Assembly (NCBI RefSeq): GCF_026571515.1
Contig: NW_026857874.1
Location: forward strand, 1 to 64,000
Direction of reading: 5' to 3'
Source: Ruditapes philippinarum
Taxonomy: Eukaryota
DNA length: 64,000 nt
Shown here: positions 1-14,000 of the stretch, piece by piece
Layout of the letters: each line of letters opens with the position of its first letter
Numbering within the stretch: position 1 is the stretch's first letter
Position numbers and translations under genes: made by a program
Notes under the pieces: generated by a model
What the model was told of the DNA's origin: nothing
Seen by the model: only the letters and a program-made list of their open reading frames with translations
Database searches by the model: none

Positions 1-435
1 TTGTTATTGTTTTGTTTAATTAATTTAATACTAGGGTGTTCACTTGAGTAATAGTCTGATTATTTATCCCAAATTATTTTTGGCTATATTTACATAAAAG
101 TCATTTAACATATCACACACTTTAGTTTGATCGGCAATCAGCGACTCATTTTCCTTAAGAATAATGTTACTTGAACTTTTCAAAATGGATTTTTGACTTA
201 AAAAAGGTTTGATTGTTGGCCAGAAATCTTTAGACTTTGGGCCCCCGCTACATCTTTCCATGAAATAGGTGGTAATAGATTCACGTTTTATTTTTGTTTT
301 GAAGTTCCTGAGTTTTCTATACTTTTCCCAATTATTTTTTGTTTTATATTTCAGATATGTGTTATGTGCCTGTCTTGTTTGGTAGATTATTTTTATGCCA
401 CCGCAGCATCTGCGATGCGGTGGCATATAGCGATT

Positions 436-477
<42 letters not shown>

Positions 478-3400
478 ATAGATTATATAGTGAACTTAAA
501 AAATCTTCTTGTGAAAAACCACTTGTCCAATTTCAACCAAACTTGGCAGGATTGATCCTTGGGTGAAGGGCTTCTAAAGTTGTTCAAAGAATTTCATTCC
601 ATGCAGAAATCTGGTTGCCATGGCAACCAAAAGGAATTATAAGAATAAATTTAAAAAATCTTCTTGTAAAGACCCAAAAGGCCTAGAGCTTAGATATTTT
701 GCATAAGGCATTGTCTGGTAGACCTCTACCAAGATTGTTCAAATTATAACCCTGGGGTCAAAATCCGCCCCGCCCCGGGGGTCATTGATTTTCACTATAT
801 GTACATATAGTAAAAACTTAAAAGAACTTCTTGTAAAGACCCAAAAGGCCTAAAGCTTAGATATTTTGCATAAGGCATTGTCTGATAGACAATTACCAAG
901 ATTGTTCAAATTATAACCCTGGGGTCAAAATCGGCGCCGCCCCAGGGGCTCATTGATTTTCACTATATGTACATATAGTAAAAACTTAAAATAACTTCTT
1001 GTAAAGACCCAAAAGGCCTAAAGCTTAGATATTTTGCATAAGGCATTGTCTGATAGACCTCTACCAAGATTGTTCAAATTATAACCCTGGGGTCAAAATC
1101 GGCCCCGCCCCGGGGGTCATTGATTTTCACTATATGTACATATAGTAAAAACTTAAAATACCTTCTTGTAAAGACCCAAAAGGCCTAGAGCTTAGATATT
1201 TTGCATAAGGCATTGTCTGGTAGACCTCTAATTAGATTGTTCAAATAATAGCCCTGGGGTCAAAATCGGCCCTGCCCCGGGGGTCATTGGTTTTCCTTAT
1301 ATGTATATAGTAAAAACTTTATAGTAAACAAATTTCTTCTAGCAATTGACAAATGCTATAGGTTAGATATTTTGCATGAAACATTGTGAAGTGAACTTCT
1401 AGCAAGATTGTTCAAATTATAGCCCTGGGGTCAAAATTGCCCCTGCCCCGGGGTCATTGATTTTCAATATATACATACATGTATAGTAAAAAATAAAAAA
1501 ATCTTATTGTCTGAAGGTACAAGGCTTAGAGCTTGAATATTTGTTAAATAATATCATCTATAGGTACTCTACCAAAGTTGTTCAAATTTTGCCTCTTGTG
1601 TCAAAATTAGCCCCGCCCCGTGGGCCATAGGTTTTCCTTATATGTATATAGTAAAAACTTAAAAAATCATCTTCTCTAAATTTACAAAGGCTAGAGTTAA
1701 GATATTTTGCATGAAACATTATGTAGTGAACCTCTAGCAAGATTGTACAAAAACAAAATCTTTTCTGAATGGGAGAAAGCTACAGCTTAGATATTTGGCT
1801 TGAAATGTTGTTTGGTGGACCTGTATCAAGATTGTTTTGAATTAAACCCTTGGGTCCAAAATTTGCCTTGCCCAAGGGGACAGTGACCTACTTTCTTGTC
1901 CTTTGATGTACAGCAATGAAATTTTGACCATGTGCACAGTTTTAGTTGTAAAATTGAACTTTGATATCAGGTGACCTAGATTTTGATGATGTGACCTACT
2001 TTCTTGTCCTTTTATGTACAGCTATAAAATTTGAACCATGTGTACAGATTAAGATGTTAAGTGAACTTTGATTTCAGCTGACCTAGATTTTGACAAAGTG
2101 TCTTACTGTGTTGTCCTTTGATGTAGTCATGAAATTTAGGCTGTGTGAAATATGACCATCAAATTCACTAGACTCAAGGGCATTGATATATTCCTACTCT
2201 GATCTTTTATTGAGTTAACAACAGATTTAACCACTAATCTGATAATAATAATTAGATAGGTCAGGGATCTATGCATTATGACAATCTTCAAAATTGTATA
2301 GAAACAAAAAAAATCTGTTTCTACACTACTATTTAGTGTTGTATTAATGCGGTGGCATAGCATTTTTCTCAAATGCAATCTTGTTCTGTATTTAGAGTTC
2401 ATATAAGGTGGTGAAGACTTTTTAGGATATTTTTGTTTTATAGGTGCATGTTCGTCTAAAATTTCATTAAAAAGTTTATTATATGCCCAGTAAGTGTCAT
2501 CAACATCATCAAAAGTAAATGCTACTTGGAACGGTACTTTGTCTAGTTCATTGTTAAAAACATTTTCATCAAAATTTTTGTAACTCCTAAAAGGTATTCT
2601 CTTTTTAGATACGGTATTAACCTGTTCTTTGAGAGTTGTAAATATCATACTATGGCAGTCACTTATGCTGCTACTGATAACTGATGAATTACATAGCAAA
2701 GACGACGAGTTTGTTAAAATTACATCAATAAGGGTTGGGTTGTCTATATTCTTAAAACATGTTGGTTTGTCAATTAGATTTACCAAGTTGAAACTATCCA
2801 TGATGTTTGTAAGGAGTTTACTTTTGGTAGGATTTAGCATATCATAGTTTAAGTCCCCAGTTATAATTACATGGTCAAATTTAATGAATAATTTGTCTAA
2901 TGTTTCAGATAGCCTTGATTCAAAAAGATGGTCAGACATTGAAGGTGGTCTATATATAAAAATAATTCCCCATTTTCTTTTTAACAAATTCAATTCAAAA
3001 CATAAATTTTCCAGACCTTGATTTTCTAAATCTGTACGGCGTTTAATAGGTAAATCAGCCCGTATTAGTGTCAGCAAGCCTCCACCATGGGCATCTCTAT
3101 CACATCTGTGTAACTTGTATCCATCAACTGAGAACAGGTTATCACTGAAAGAATGATCAATTTTGGTTTCAGAAATACAGAAAATATCAACAAGATTATT
3201 ATCAAAAATGGGTCTAATTTCCTGAAATTTATATCTTATACTATTAATATTTAGATGACCAATTATCGGTCTTTTCCTATTTAAGTTTTTAAGGTTTTTA
3301 ACATCATCAAAAATGTCATACAGGTGTTCACTATCACAGGCACTATTATTAAGTATGTCACTGTTTTCTAAAATTTCTTCCGTTGTTTCATCATTAAAAT

Positions 3401-3505
3401 CATACAGAGAACCAATAGTTTCCTGGCTGGGTGGTAACTCACTATTCAGATTTTCACATGTGGTGTTTATAATTGATTTACTATTAGAAGTGTGGAAGTT
3501 TAGTG
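1..3505 (-). mobile_element. CR1/L2-group LINE ORF2 fragment (APE endonuclease and linker), split by a HINE insertion at ~393-2383, antisense in an IQCH intron
   Basis: The minus frame reads GHLNINSIRYK..DIFCISETK..GGG..IYRPP..GDLN..PTC..IDVIL..SDH, which are APE motifs. It continues after the insertion as KIIYQTRQAHN..WEKYRKLRN..FWPTIKPF..NDFYVNIA and runs off the window start. The 5' boundary is approximate. Confidence 0.9.
393..2383 (+). mobile_element. Non-autonomous Helentron-associated element (HINE/DINE-1-like) with an internal ~167-bp tandem array
   Basis: 5' subTIR TATGCCACCGCA and its nearby inverted copy TGCGGTGGCATA; (GT)n microsatellite at ~440-473; ~167-bp units starting near 660, 827, 995 and 1162 that decay thereafter; 3' subTIR TGCGGTGGCATA at 2348-2359; stem-loop GCATTT-TTCTC-AAATGC; ends TCTTGTT; inserted in a T run. 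Confidence 0.85.
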
Positions 3506-4025
3506 AGGGAGGAAAGGTTTATTTCATCCCCTTTTAGAAGGAGGAAAGGTTTTAGCCCATCCCCTAATATAAGCAGGAAATTTAGTTTAGCCCGTCCTCT
3601 AGAAGGTGTAGCTCAATGTTGACTTATTTAAAACCTTACACAGCTTAACTTGCCTTCCTTTGAATTTGGAATACTTCATTATACGTCTGGTCTTATACCT
3701 GCCTAAGCTCAAAGGATTGAAATGATTTGTTTCCACTCAATTAATACATACTTGTTAAATGGTAATTGTTGTTCTAAATTGGATGTTGGTTTGTGTTTAC
3801 TGAATATGCCTATTGTTTAGATGTCTGTGATATAGGTTGAACCAACCTTGAAAAATTAATTGAATTCATTTTCATAAGGCTTCTTATTTTATTACTATAC
3901 AAATATTGCAATGACATAGGTAAGAAATTGAAGAAAATACCACTTTTGTGGAAAAGAAACATCATTTAATCAGTTGCTTTTTTATGTGCATGAAATTCTG
4001 TATCAGAATTTTATTTTTTTTTTTA

Positions 4026-4308
4026 AAACAACAAATATTTGGGAAGGAGATTTTTAAGGGGGCCCAAAAGGGTCGGGGGTATTTCATTTAGCCCCAAAAA
4101 AATTTTAAAGGCCCCCATGGGAAAAACCCGTACCAGGGAAAAAGCCCCGTATTTGGGAAAACGCCGCAGGAAGTGGGCCGGGAGGTGTTTAAATTTCCCA
4201 AAATCGTGGAAACCCTGCCATTTTAAAAAGTCCAAGCCCTCAGGGAGCAGCTTAAACAGGGCAGGGGGGGGGTTTAATCTCGAGAACTTTCCAAAAAGGA
4301 GATCAAAG
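4026..4308 (+). other. IQCH: Corrupted IQCH IQ-motif exon (probable sequencing/assembly error, or a decayed exon)
   Basis: Residual peptide GRRF.G..YL..RRRKWAG..SW..LENF..RRSK ends at a GTGAG donor (4309) in phase 0, matching the next IQCH exon. The segment is saturated with homopolymer runs and lacks a clear AG acceptor. Confidence 0.6.
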
Positions 4309-5025
4309 GTGAGGGAATTTTTTAACGGGCTTATTTCTTTTGACAGTAGATGTTTTAACAGGAACTTTTTATTAAAAACGTCGGATTTTTCCCAAACTAA
4401 AAACCCCCCCGGTACCCCAAAAAAACTTTTTTCAGTTATAGCATCACAGTGAACTACTGGTCACAATAGATTAATCAACCTGTTGTGTTTATTTTCAAAG
4501 CTGTAACAGTTTACTGTAAAACTTTGTTTGAACCCTCGGATTTGCTGGGAAAAACTGAAAATATTCTTAATTCCGGGTGTCTATTGATAGCATACAAGGA
4601 GTCTTATGGTCTTTTGTCTGTCACTGCTCATTCAGAAATCTTGTAGGAATAGTGGTTGGTTACTTGTGATAAAATTGATAGTTTCTCAGGTTTGTTATCT
4701 GAGAATGGCGGTTTGATTAAAAATCAACCAACCAACCAAACAAACCATTTTACACTCTTAATACAAAGGCATGCATTTTGATTGTAATTTCACAGGAACA
4801 TGGCTGGAAATTATTTTAAGATAAGTTTCCCTGTAGCAAAATTATATCAAATATTTAATGTTGTGTAGCTTATAAGTTGTAACTTTAAATTGTTATACCT
4901 TTTTTATACTTTCAATTTATATTGATTGAGCAACTTTTAAACCAAGTAATATGTCTAATGTACATTTTCTAATAACCATTTACACGTTTGACATCAAAAT
5001 TAAGGATTTTTTTTTCCTTTTTCAG

Positions 5026-8000
5026 AAATTTTCGATGTCTTGGGACCGTATAAAGAAATCAAAAAGGGTTGTAATTCATATACCATCATTAGGTTTGAAC
5101 CAGGATATAAGAGACAGCATTCATGATTTTGGAATACGTCAAAATACCCAGATGTCCAGACTCTGTGATATAAGAGGTATAAAGCATTTAAAAAAATTTA
5201 ATTTTTCTTTTTTTGAGAATTTTAAATATCCAGTTTAAATCATTCAAAATTTGTTTGGAATTAAAATTATTTGCCAGTTATTAAGCAGTGATTATGAAAA
5301 ATAATTTTTGGGAAAAATGATGAAATAAAAGCGTTTTATTATTTTTTCACTATATTTTACTATTGTGGTATTATAATTCTCATACTATATCTTTCTATTC
5401 TTGTACTGGACCTCTTTGACTGTTAAGGTCATGAGGTTGCTTCAAATCACTTGCCTTTCACTACTGTGGGTTTTAATCCCATCAGGGACTTTTGATTCTT
5501 GAATTCATGCAAAGAAGCAATCTAGCAAGCTAACAGAAAATTGATTGTTCGACTTAGGCGCCTGAAATAATGCTTGAAGGAGATCTTGAGGTCTAACTTC
5601 ACTTGTTAAGCTTGAAAGTCACCATTTGACCTCTACAGAGTCATTGTGACTTTAAACCAAATAAAATAAAACAAACAGACTATTCCTGTAATATATTCTA
5701 TAATTTACTGATCTAAAATTTTTCGTACTATATTTTACTATTCCCACAATATATTATATATATTTTCGTTCTATTTTTTCTCCTGCTATATTTTACTACT
5801 CTAATTTTACAGATCCTAATGTAGACGTGATATTTATATCACCCGTTCCGCTTAGTGAAGAAACATTACAGTATTATTCTAAACTGCTCGGTTTGAAGTC
5901 GGCCATTGACTCTGGAAACGTTGAAGATCAGGGCGAGTTTAGTGAGAGATATAAAATTATAGTTCCAGAGGCAATCAAAAGTTTTCCTGTAAGTACAAGA
6001 GATATAGACACAAATGAGAATATTTGAAGGTTTAGTGCAAAAAGGTTATAACTCCTATGGCATAAAGAAGGAATTACAACCATTTCACAACAAGTACTGG
6101 ATTTATTATTATCATCTTAACATGTTTTTACCACATAGCTCTCATTGTTTTCAAAGTGTTAAAGCTAGCATTACGGTAATGCAAGTACCTCCACAAACGC
6201 CCTACAATTCGACCTAAATTGAAACCAAGATTAGCCACTGGCATTCAAACTTCAAAAGTATATATATTAATGAAACAACTTTCATGTCATTCAAAATAAT
6301 TTGTTTTTGAAGTTTACTGGTCGGGGACCATCAACTGGACACTTTTTGAACATTTTTCCGTACAGATTTCATAATTTTAAACCTAGAGACCAAAAAATTT
6401 GACACAGTACAGCTAGGTTCTTCTCCTAACTAACAAACTAGTTTGTTTATTTCTGATTGTATTGACACTTATAACTGAGGCCTGTCGTAGAGGGTATCAA
6501 AATTACTTTAATTGTCTACACTACAGTACCATGTGTCCGGACAGATATGTACATGACATGATTTATTCAGATAAAAGCTTGGGTGTTTTGATTTTTAACA
6601 TGATATACAATATTTCAGCAACAAATGCTGAAGTTTTGGATATTCTATTGTTTACTCTGCAAATGATTATAGCTGGTATATGAGGTCAGGCATTTCTTTC
6701 TTGACCCCCGAATTTCAACGTCAACATTCTTGAAATAGACATTAAAATATTACCATTTACGAAGGTTGAAATAAATTTATTTACTTAATTTTAAAAGAAA
6801 CATGCACTTATTGTTGATAAGAAAGTGACTGACAACCACTGAATAAAGAAAATACTAAATTAAGCATTTTCGGGGCCGTCCAGATTTGGTGGTTGTCTGG
6901 TTTTGGTGGTCCCCAACCAGTATATATTTTCAAAAATTTTAAGGTTCAATGTTTTACAATTATTTAAATCTATATTCAGACTCACCGAATGTGTCTTTCA
7001 ACACTACTCAAGTACAGTCCGCAAGCGTTGCTACGTGTAAAGAACCTCATCGTGGGTCGTGAAGCGTACATGATGACTAATATTCCGCACGTAGATGACC
7101 TTGACATTGCTCAGTATCTCAATGTGCCTATATTCGCCCCGGAACCAGAAGTAGCGCATTTATACTCTACAAAATCCGGCTGCCAGAGAATCTTTGCCAG
7201 TGCTAATGTTGAGACGCCACCTGGTGACCATGATGTGTACACAATGGGTCTGGTAAGCTTGTTTAGACTTTTGTTTCTTTGAACTTTGCAGTAGTGCTGA
7301 CATGCGCATATGAATTTCAGTGCTAATAGCTGTGGCGGCTTGGACGAGTGGTTAACACGTCACACTTAAGTAATATAAATTCTAAAAGGATGACTGACTG
7401 TGTGGGTTCAAACCCTGTCAGGGGCAAGCTGTTGTTTCCTTTATTTATCACAGAAAGAACTTTTACACTCATTGCTTTGTACTGGTTGGTTCCAGGAACG
7501 GATTTGACCTTATTTTTCATTTCAGATTCTTTCTAAACTAAGTTCATATCTAAGATAATTTAAAAATTCACTGAAGTTTGGTATAGTTTTCTGGTATATA
7601 TTTCTAAAGATGAAATATTGACTTAAGAGTAAGATATAGTGAAGGCAGTTTGATTTCATATTATTTTGAATATCCACATTACACAGACTGACAGTTTTGT
7701 ATGATACCAAAAGTTTTGTCTGTAGAACATTTTGTTTGTAAAAAATCCTGATTTTACACCAAAATGGTTGAATTTTGAGCATTCCGAAAATATATGTGCA
7801 TAAGATTCTGATGCTGTGTTGCAAACTCGCATAACATTGACTCCACCATATTATATTTAAAAAGTTTTTCATTGTTTGGCAGAGTATGCAAAAGGTATTA
7901 ATACTGGAAACTTCTAACTTTGGTATCAATTGTTATGTTTATAATTTGATGAAATATATTTTTCCATTCAAAGTTGGCTGAGAGTTCAGCTTCCCATTTG

Positions 8001-11000
8001 TTTTCTTGGTGATTGTGTGTATAATTAAATTGGCAGGTTTTAATTTGGGGTTTTTATTTATCAATTAAGTACTTATTTGCTTTATATTGAATCCCTTCAC
8101 ATTTTAGTTTTATTTTCCATTCTTTTGGTATGCATTTTATGTCAGTTAGTGATAGTTTAAAAAGTTTGATTGGGCTATGCCATAAAGGTTTCCATTTAGT
8201 TAAAGCTATAAAATTGTTTTTTCCTATAATCGTATATGTGTTTGATAAAGAGTATGCCCTTTTCCATCAATTCACAGAACAAATTAACAAAAAGCTACAC
8301 AATATTTTATTACAAAAACATTACTAATTTTGACTCAGTAGGTAAAATAGTACTGAATTTCTAGATAAGTGCTTAACCTTTTACCGCATATAGACGTGTT
8401 TTGACGGCTTTCCCCCCCCCCCCCCCCTATTTTGAGGCCTCAAACTGTGAAAAAATACCCTTTTTAGGCCCCAAACACTGTTTTTTTCGTTTGAGAAATG
8501 TTGTTTAAAAAAAGTGACCACTTTTTCAGTGCCGCCCCCAATCCAAATGGTACATCAGGGGGTTGCAAGAAGGGGAATGTGCCCCTTCTGTTAAGGGGGG
8601 TGGTAGTCCCCCTCATCGCCAAGAAAATTTTGTACATGTGACAGGCTAAAAATGGCCTCAGGTCGATCTTACGGTTACTAGTAACCGACGCTGAAAAGCC
8701 TTTTAAGCTATCTCAATTCATTGAGAAGTACGTTGCAGCACTTTGAAATCAGTTTTGGTGGAAAAAAAAACAATGCAAAATAGTGATTTTTTGCAATTTT
8801 GAGACGTCGCCCCGTTGCCATGGTAACAGGAAATTTTTGATTGAGCATGCTGTTACAGAGGCTATTGTCCAGTCAACATTTATGCCAAGTTTCATCAGTA
8901 TTGAAGCATTTTTCATAGATTCATAGCAGTTTGAACTTGTAACAGGAGGCTTTTAGATGAAAACGGCCATTTTTCACAATATGCTCATGGGGTAAAAGGT
9001 TAATTTCTGTAACAGTGGTAAATTGTAAACAGTTTGCGCTTAACATAGATTTTGTACATTTCTGTCTGATAAGAGGGTGCTAAATTCCATTGTGACATTA
9101 TTTTTATTTCAAATAATACCAATATGGCTCCTTGCGTAATGCTTATCAGTGCCTGCAATTCCCCCTTATATAGTTATACTTTACATGTAATAATTTAATA
9201 TATACTTATATCACTGATTACTCTAGATTGGTTTTTTTTTGTTTTTCAGTTACATGAATGCCTGGCACAGTTGATTACAGAAAATCTTAACGTTAAACGA
9301 TGGTTGTTTAAACTGGATGACGAATTTGATGGGCGTGGCATAGCATATTGTGATGTCACTGAACATCTTAAATGTTTTACCTGGGCACTTAAAGAAGAGA
9401 AAAGATATGGCGACAAATGGTCTAAGAAATGGGCGCAGGTATGTTATTGTTTTTAGCTTGACTATTCGAGGAATAGGGAGAGCTTTTATATTCACCCCAG
9501 CATTGTGTCAGTGTTGGTGTATCACTTAAGATTTGCTTTTTGTGTGCAAATTGGTATCTCCAGAACTATTGACGGGAATGGGTTGAAACTTCACAGCTTG
9601 TTCTCTGTGATTATCTAACTTGACAGTTACTTTTTTACAGTCTCAGTTATGCCATTTTTCCTGTTTTCTTACTGTCCAGAAAAGAGAATAGTTGAGCGCG
9701 CTGTCATATGAACAGCTCTTGTTATGATTGATACTTGAAGTTGATTTATTATTTGGATGTTTAATCCTTACCAATCTAAATATCTTAAATTGATTTGTCC
9801 ATCTTTTTAATGTGAACCAAACCATTGATCATTTTCAGGGATAAATTTAAAATGTTTACTGTGTCTGAATAGAGAACACGTCTGCATGTCCCTTTGGTAG
9901 GAGCAGTTGGGGTTGTAGGCAAAGAGTTTAAGCCTGCTATTGGGTGCTCAATTTACTATTAAGATATTAATATCCCTAACGGCTGCAACATTGGCTGCTG
10001 AATTGTTATTTGTATAGTAATTCCCTAAACCCTACATTGACAACTAGGAAGTCTGTTACATTGATTTAGTAGAATAAATATGTTACATTGATTCAGTAGA
10101 ATAAATCTGTTACATTGATTCAGTAGAATAAATATGTTACATTGATTCAGTAGAATAAATACATTGTATGTTACATTGATTCAGTAGAATAAATCTGTTA
10201 CATTGATTCAGTAGAATAATTATGTTACATTGATTCAGAAGGATAAAGGATAATTAAGTTCTTATGGTTATTATCATTTATTTTTTCAGGAACCAGTGTT
10301 TATTAAAATATTGGCCGAGATAGAAGATGTTTTGAAAGAACATGCTTGTCCGGTCAATACAAAAGTTTATCCCACATGGGAGAAATTCCTTCAGTGCTTC
10401 CTTAGTCAAGGTAATTATTGGATTATATTGTATACATTTTTGTTGGTTACCATATTTATTTTCTTCCAAACATCAGGATTTGTTACGTATTCATTAGTTT
10501 ATATTCAACATGGTTTACTGATTTTTTTAAGTAATAAATGACTTGTGTTTGTGTTATGTATGGAGACACATTTAGTACCAGACAAGTCACCATTCATTGG
10601 AAATTATCAGATTTTTTTTTAATTTGATAAATGTCCAGGAAATTCCTATCAAATTTTTTTCATTTCCATTATCAATTAATGAAATTTTTTTTAGAGAAAA
10701 TTAGAGATTTATTTACTTTTTCTTGATGTTCTGTTCTATTATTAGATGTATCATCATTTTCAATATACATGTATTATCTGATGTGTCATTTTATTATTAT
10801 TTGTATCTTTCTATAATTACATAAACAAGTATGATTTTATTATTAGATGTATGACTCTGTTGTGAGATGCTTTATTCTATCAGTAGATATATGGTTCTAT
10901 TTTTAGATATATGTTTCTATAATTAGATTATGATTCTATAATTAGATGCACAATCCTATTATTGTATGACATTATTCAAGGTGGTGTAATTGAGGCGTGT

Positions 11001-14000
11001 CCACCTTCAGACAGTATTACTACCCTGACAGTTGACATGTTAATAGAGCCAAACGGAGTTGTTAGTCTCGTAAGCTGCGGAGATCAAATCCACGCTGAAT
11101 CTCCATTCTCCTGTTGGGGCGTGTCTATCCCACAATCCTCAGTAGAACCGGATAGTCTAAATGTAGCATGTTACAGCATAGCAGAAGCATGTAAGAGAAG
11201 GGGAATTATGGGATACTTTGCGATTGATTTTGTCACATTTATAAATCCTACTACAGTAAGTGGAGACATATCAAGCCTTCCTGTGTTTATATTTCTAACA
11301 ATACTGAACATTTCTAACGTAGATTTACATTGGACATTTGTAAGATTTATTTAATGTATATACATTAATTATATTCTTTTTCTTCAAAAAAAACAATTTT
11401 GCTGCATCATGAATTTGTTACAAAAATTTTTGACAGGTAATATGACCATGTATAAATATTTCTTTTGCAATATAAAAACAACAAAACAACTGTCCAGCAT
11501 TCCTGCAGTATTGTAAAGGTTCCACTATAGACAATTTGTCCAGGAGAAATTTCACCATGCGTAAGGATCATACCAGTGACCCCTTGATAACAAAATATGA
11601 TGCTCTCTATATTTAACTAAGTCAGGCAGACTTTATATACCTGTGATTGATAACCTAATCTCAACTGTCATATTTACAACTGTAAATATCTTAACCTTTA
11701 AAAAACAACTGCTACTTGAGTTCTATAACAACGCTGTTTTGTATGGTGTTAAACCCTTATCACTCAAAATACCAAAAATGGAGTGTCCATATTTCAATAT
11801 GGACAAAACCATTCATAATCTTTAGGGAAAAATTCAAAAGCAAGTACTGATTGGAAAGCAAACAGTGCAGACCATAATCAGACGGCATGGTCTGCACTGA
11901 TCGAATAGGTAGAATCAGTTGCCGCAAGAAGGTGAGGGTTTTATCAGATGTTCTGTGTTGTATATATAGAATTCTTCATGATTTGTTTGTTTTATTTCAG
12001 ATGGAACAGAAGTTATGGGCATTAGATATCAGTTTACAATATAGCGACAGTCTAGCCATGTTTTATCTCATGTCATTTGTCAGTAACGGAACTTTGAACA
12101 CAAACTCACACGTGTTTGACGTTCCACCACCGAAACAGGAGGCCAAAAAACGAAGGCGAAGGTTACATGGAACTGATGAAGATGTAAGTGTGTCATATTG
12201 CTATTAAATTTAGAAGCACTTATTACGTTATTGCACTAAGGTGACGATTTGTTGTTAAAAAATTGTTTTTGGTTTATTTTGAAAAATGACATTGGAATTA
12301 GAATTTTTTTAAATTCTGCCAAAATTTTAGAATCAAATCACATTTGTATGAATTTGAATAAATGCACATGTATTTAAAAGCTGCACACCTTAAGATGAGT
12401 TCACACAATATATATCGAACTTTATGATGATACAATACTGCGTAATAAGTTTTACGTAGAATTTATATAGTTATTTGTAAGTGAAACCTGTACTGTATTT
12501 CATATTATTAAAGTTAATACACATTTGTAGATAATACTTTTATTACATACCTGTACATATCTTCTACATTTAATGACTGGACAGTGTAACTTGTGAATTC
12601 CGGAACTTCTGAATTCCGGAACTTCTAAATTCCAGAACTTCTGAAATCTGAACAAATCTGTCCCAAAATTTTTTTGTAGCGTGTCTTTAGACTATGTTTG
12701 TTTAACGTAAATGATGTCAGGTAAAGATATATGCATGACTGTACAAAACCATATTTACAGAGTCGCAAAATCCGGCATTGGTATGTGATAATCTACCACA
12801 TTGCAAGAATGAACTATGAAAACAGTCTTCTTACTAGAAAAAAAAGCATTTTTCTATCAAACTTATAATGGAATTTTTTTATTTACAAAAATAAAAGTAT
12901 ATTTTGAATTGTGCTCATGATTATTTTTTTTATTTTTTTTCTTTTCAGCAACCACCCAACACTAACAGATTTGGTGTAATGAGTACACGACTGTTACATA
13001 CAAACCTGTCTGTAGTACATTACAGTGTGTTCTTCCAGATGTGCCGTGCCCACGGTATAGGATATGATATAAAGGTATACATGTTGTTGTCAATAACGCC
13101 TTTTATTTAAACCATAAAATTTGCCACTCATTTAATACCATAAAGTAATGTACCTGCTGAATTTAAGTAATGGGTTTAGCCAACTTTGAATTTTGAACAG
13201 CCCATTCTTTTTCTTTGATAAAATTGGGAGGAGGGGCATTTATTTGGGGAGGGGCGTGTATTAGAGAATATACTGTATATGGTCAAGTTAAGCATGATAT
13301 AAACTGATTTTATTGTTGTTTTCAGGAAAAGCAAGGAACAGTGTTTATGTTGATAGACAGTTTTAACAGAGAAAAACTTGGCATGTTGTAAGTGCTTTAA
13401 TGTAAATCTGTGAAAATGCATAAGTTTTTACAATAAATATTATCTGTTAATGACTATGTACATGAATTATTAAGCATTTTTAAACTGGTCTGGTGAATTT
13501 GTTATTTTAGCAGAAAGAAGGGGATTTTAGTCAAACAACTAACTGTAAAGTTTATATGGCAGGGCTTATTTTAATCCTTTGATAGCAAGGGCATTTTCAA
13601 GGGCAGCTTGCGCCAGGCCCCTTAGGAAAAATCTATTAAGTCATGCAGTATTCCCTTATAATTCAATTTAAATTGAGTTTTAATTTCCCTTTTTTGAAAA
13701 TAGTGTATTATTTTTCTGCAAATTTACCTGTGCAAAAAAGCCCTATTAGGGACTTTTTTACTAATGAAGTGATAGGATAGTCAGCTGCAGGTATCTAATG
13801 ATACCTTTATAATTGAAGGAAACAGTGTAATGATTGATGCATAGAATTGAAATAAAAGACAAGCATGGTTTTATTTTATTTCAGAGCAATAGGTGAAACT
13901 TTGCAAGGTGCATTAGCTAGTTTTGCCCGAAATATGTCAGTGATACACCAAGAAATTTCCGCCCCAAATATGCAAGGGGACACAAACTTTAGTGTAAGTA

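Noticed and set aside
4039-4452. 137-aa basic ORF as an independent gene
   Set aside because: The K/G/P/F-rich composition comes from homopolymer runs, and it is better explained as a corrupted IQCH exon.
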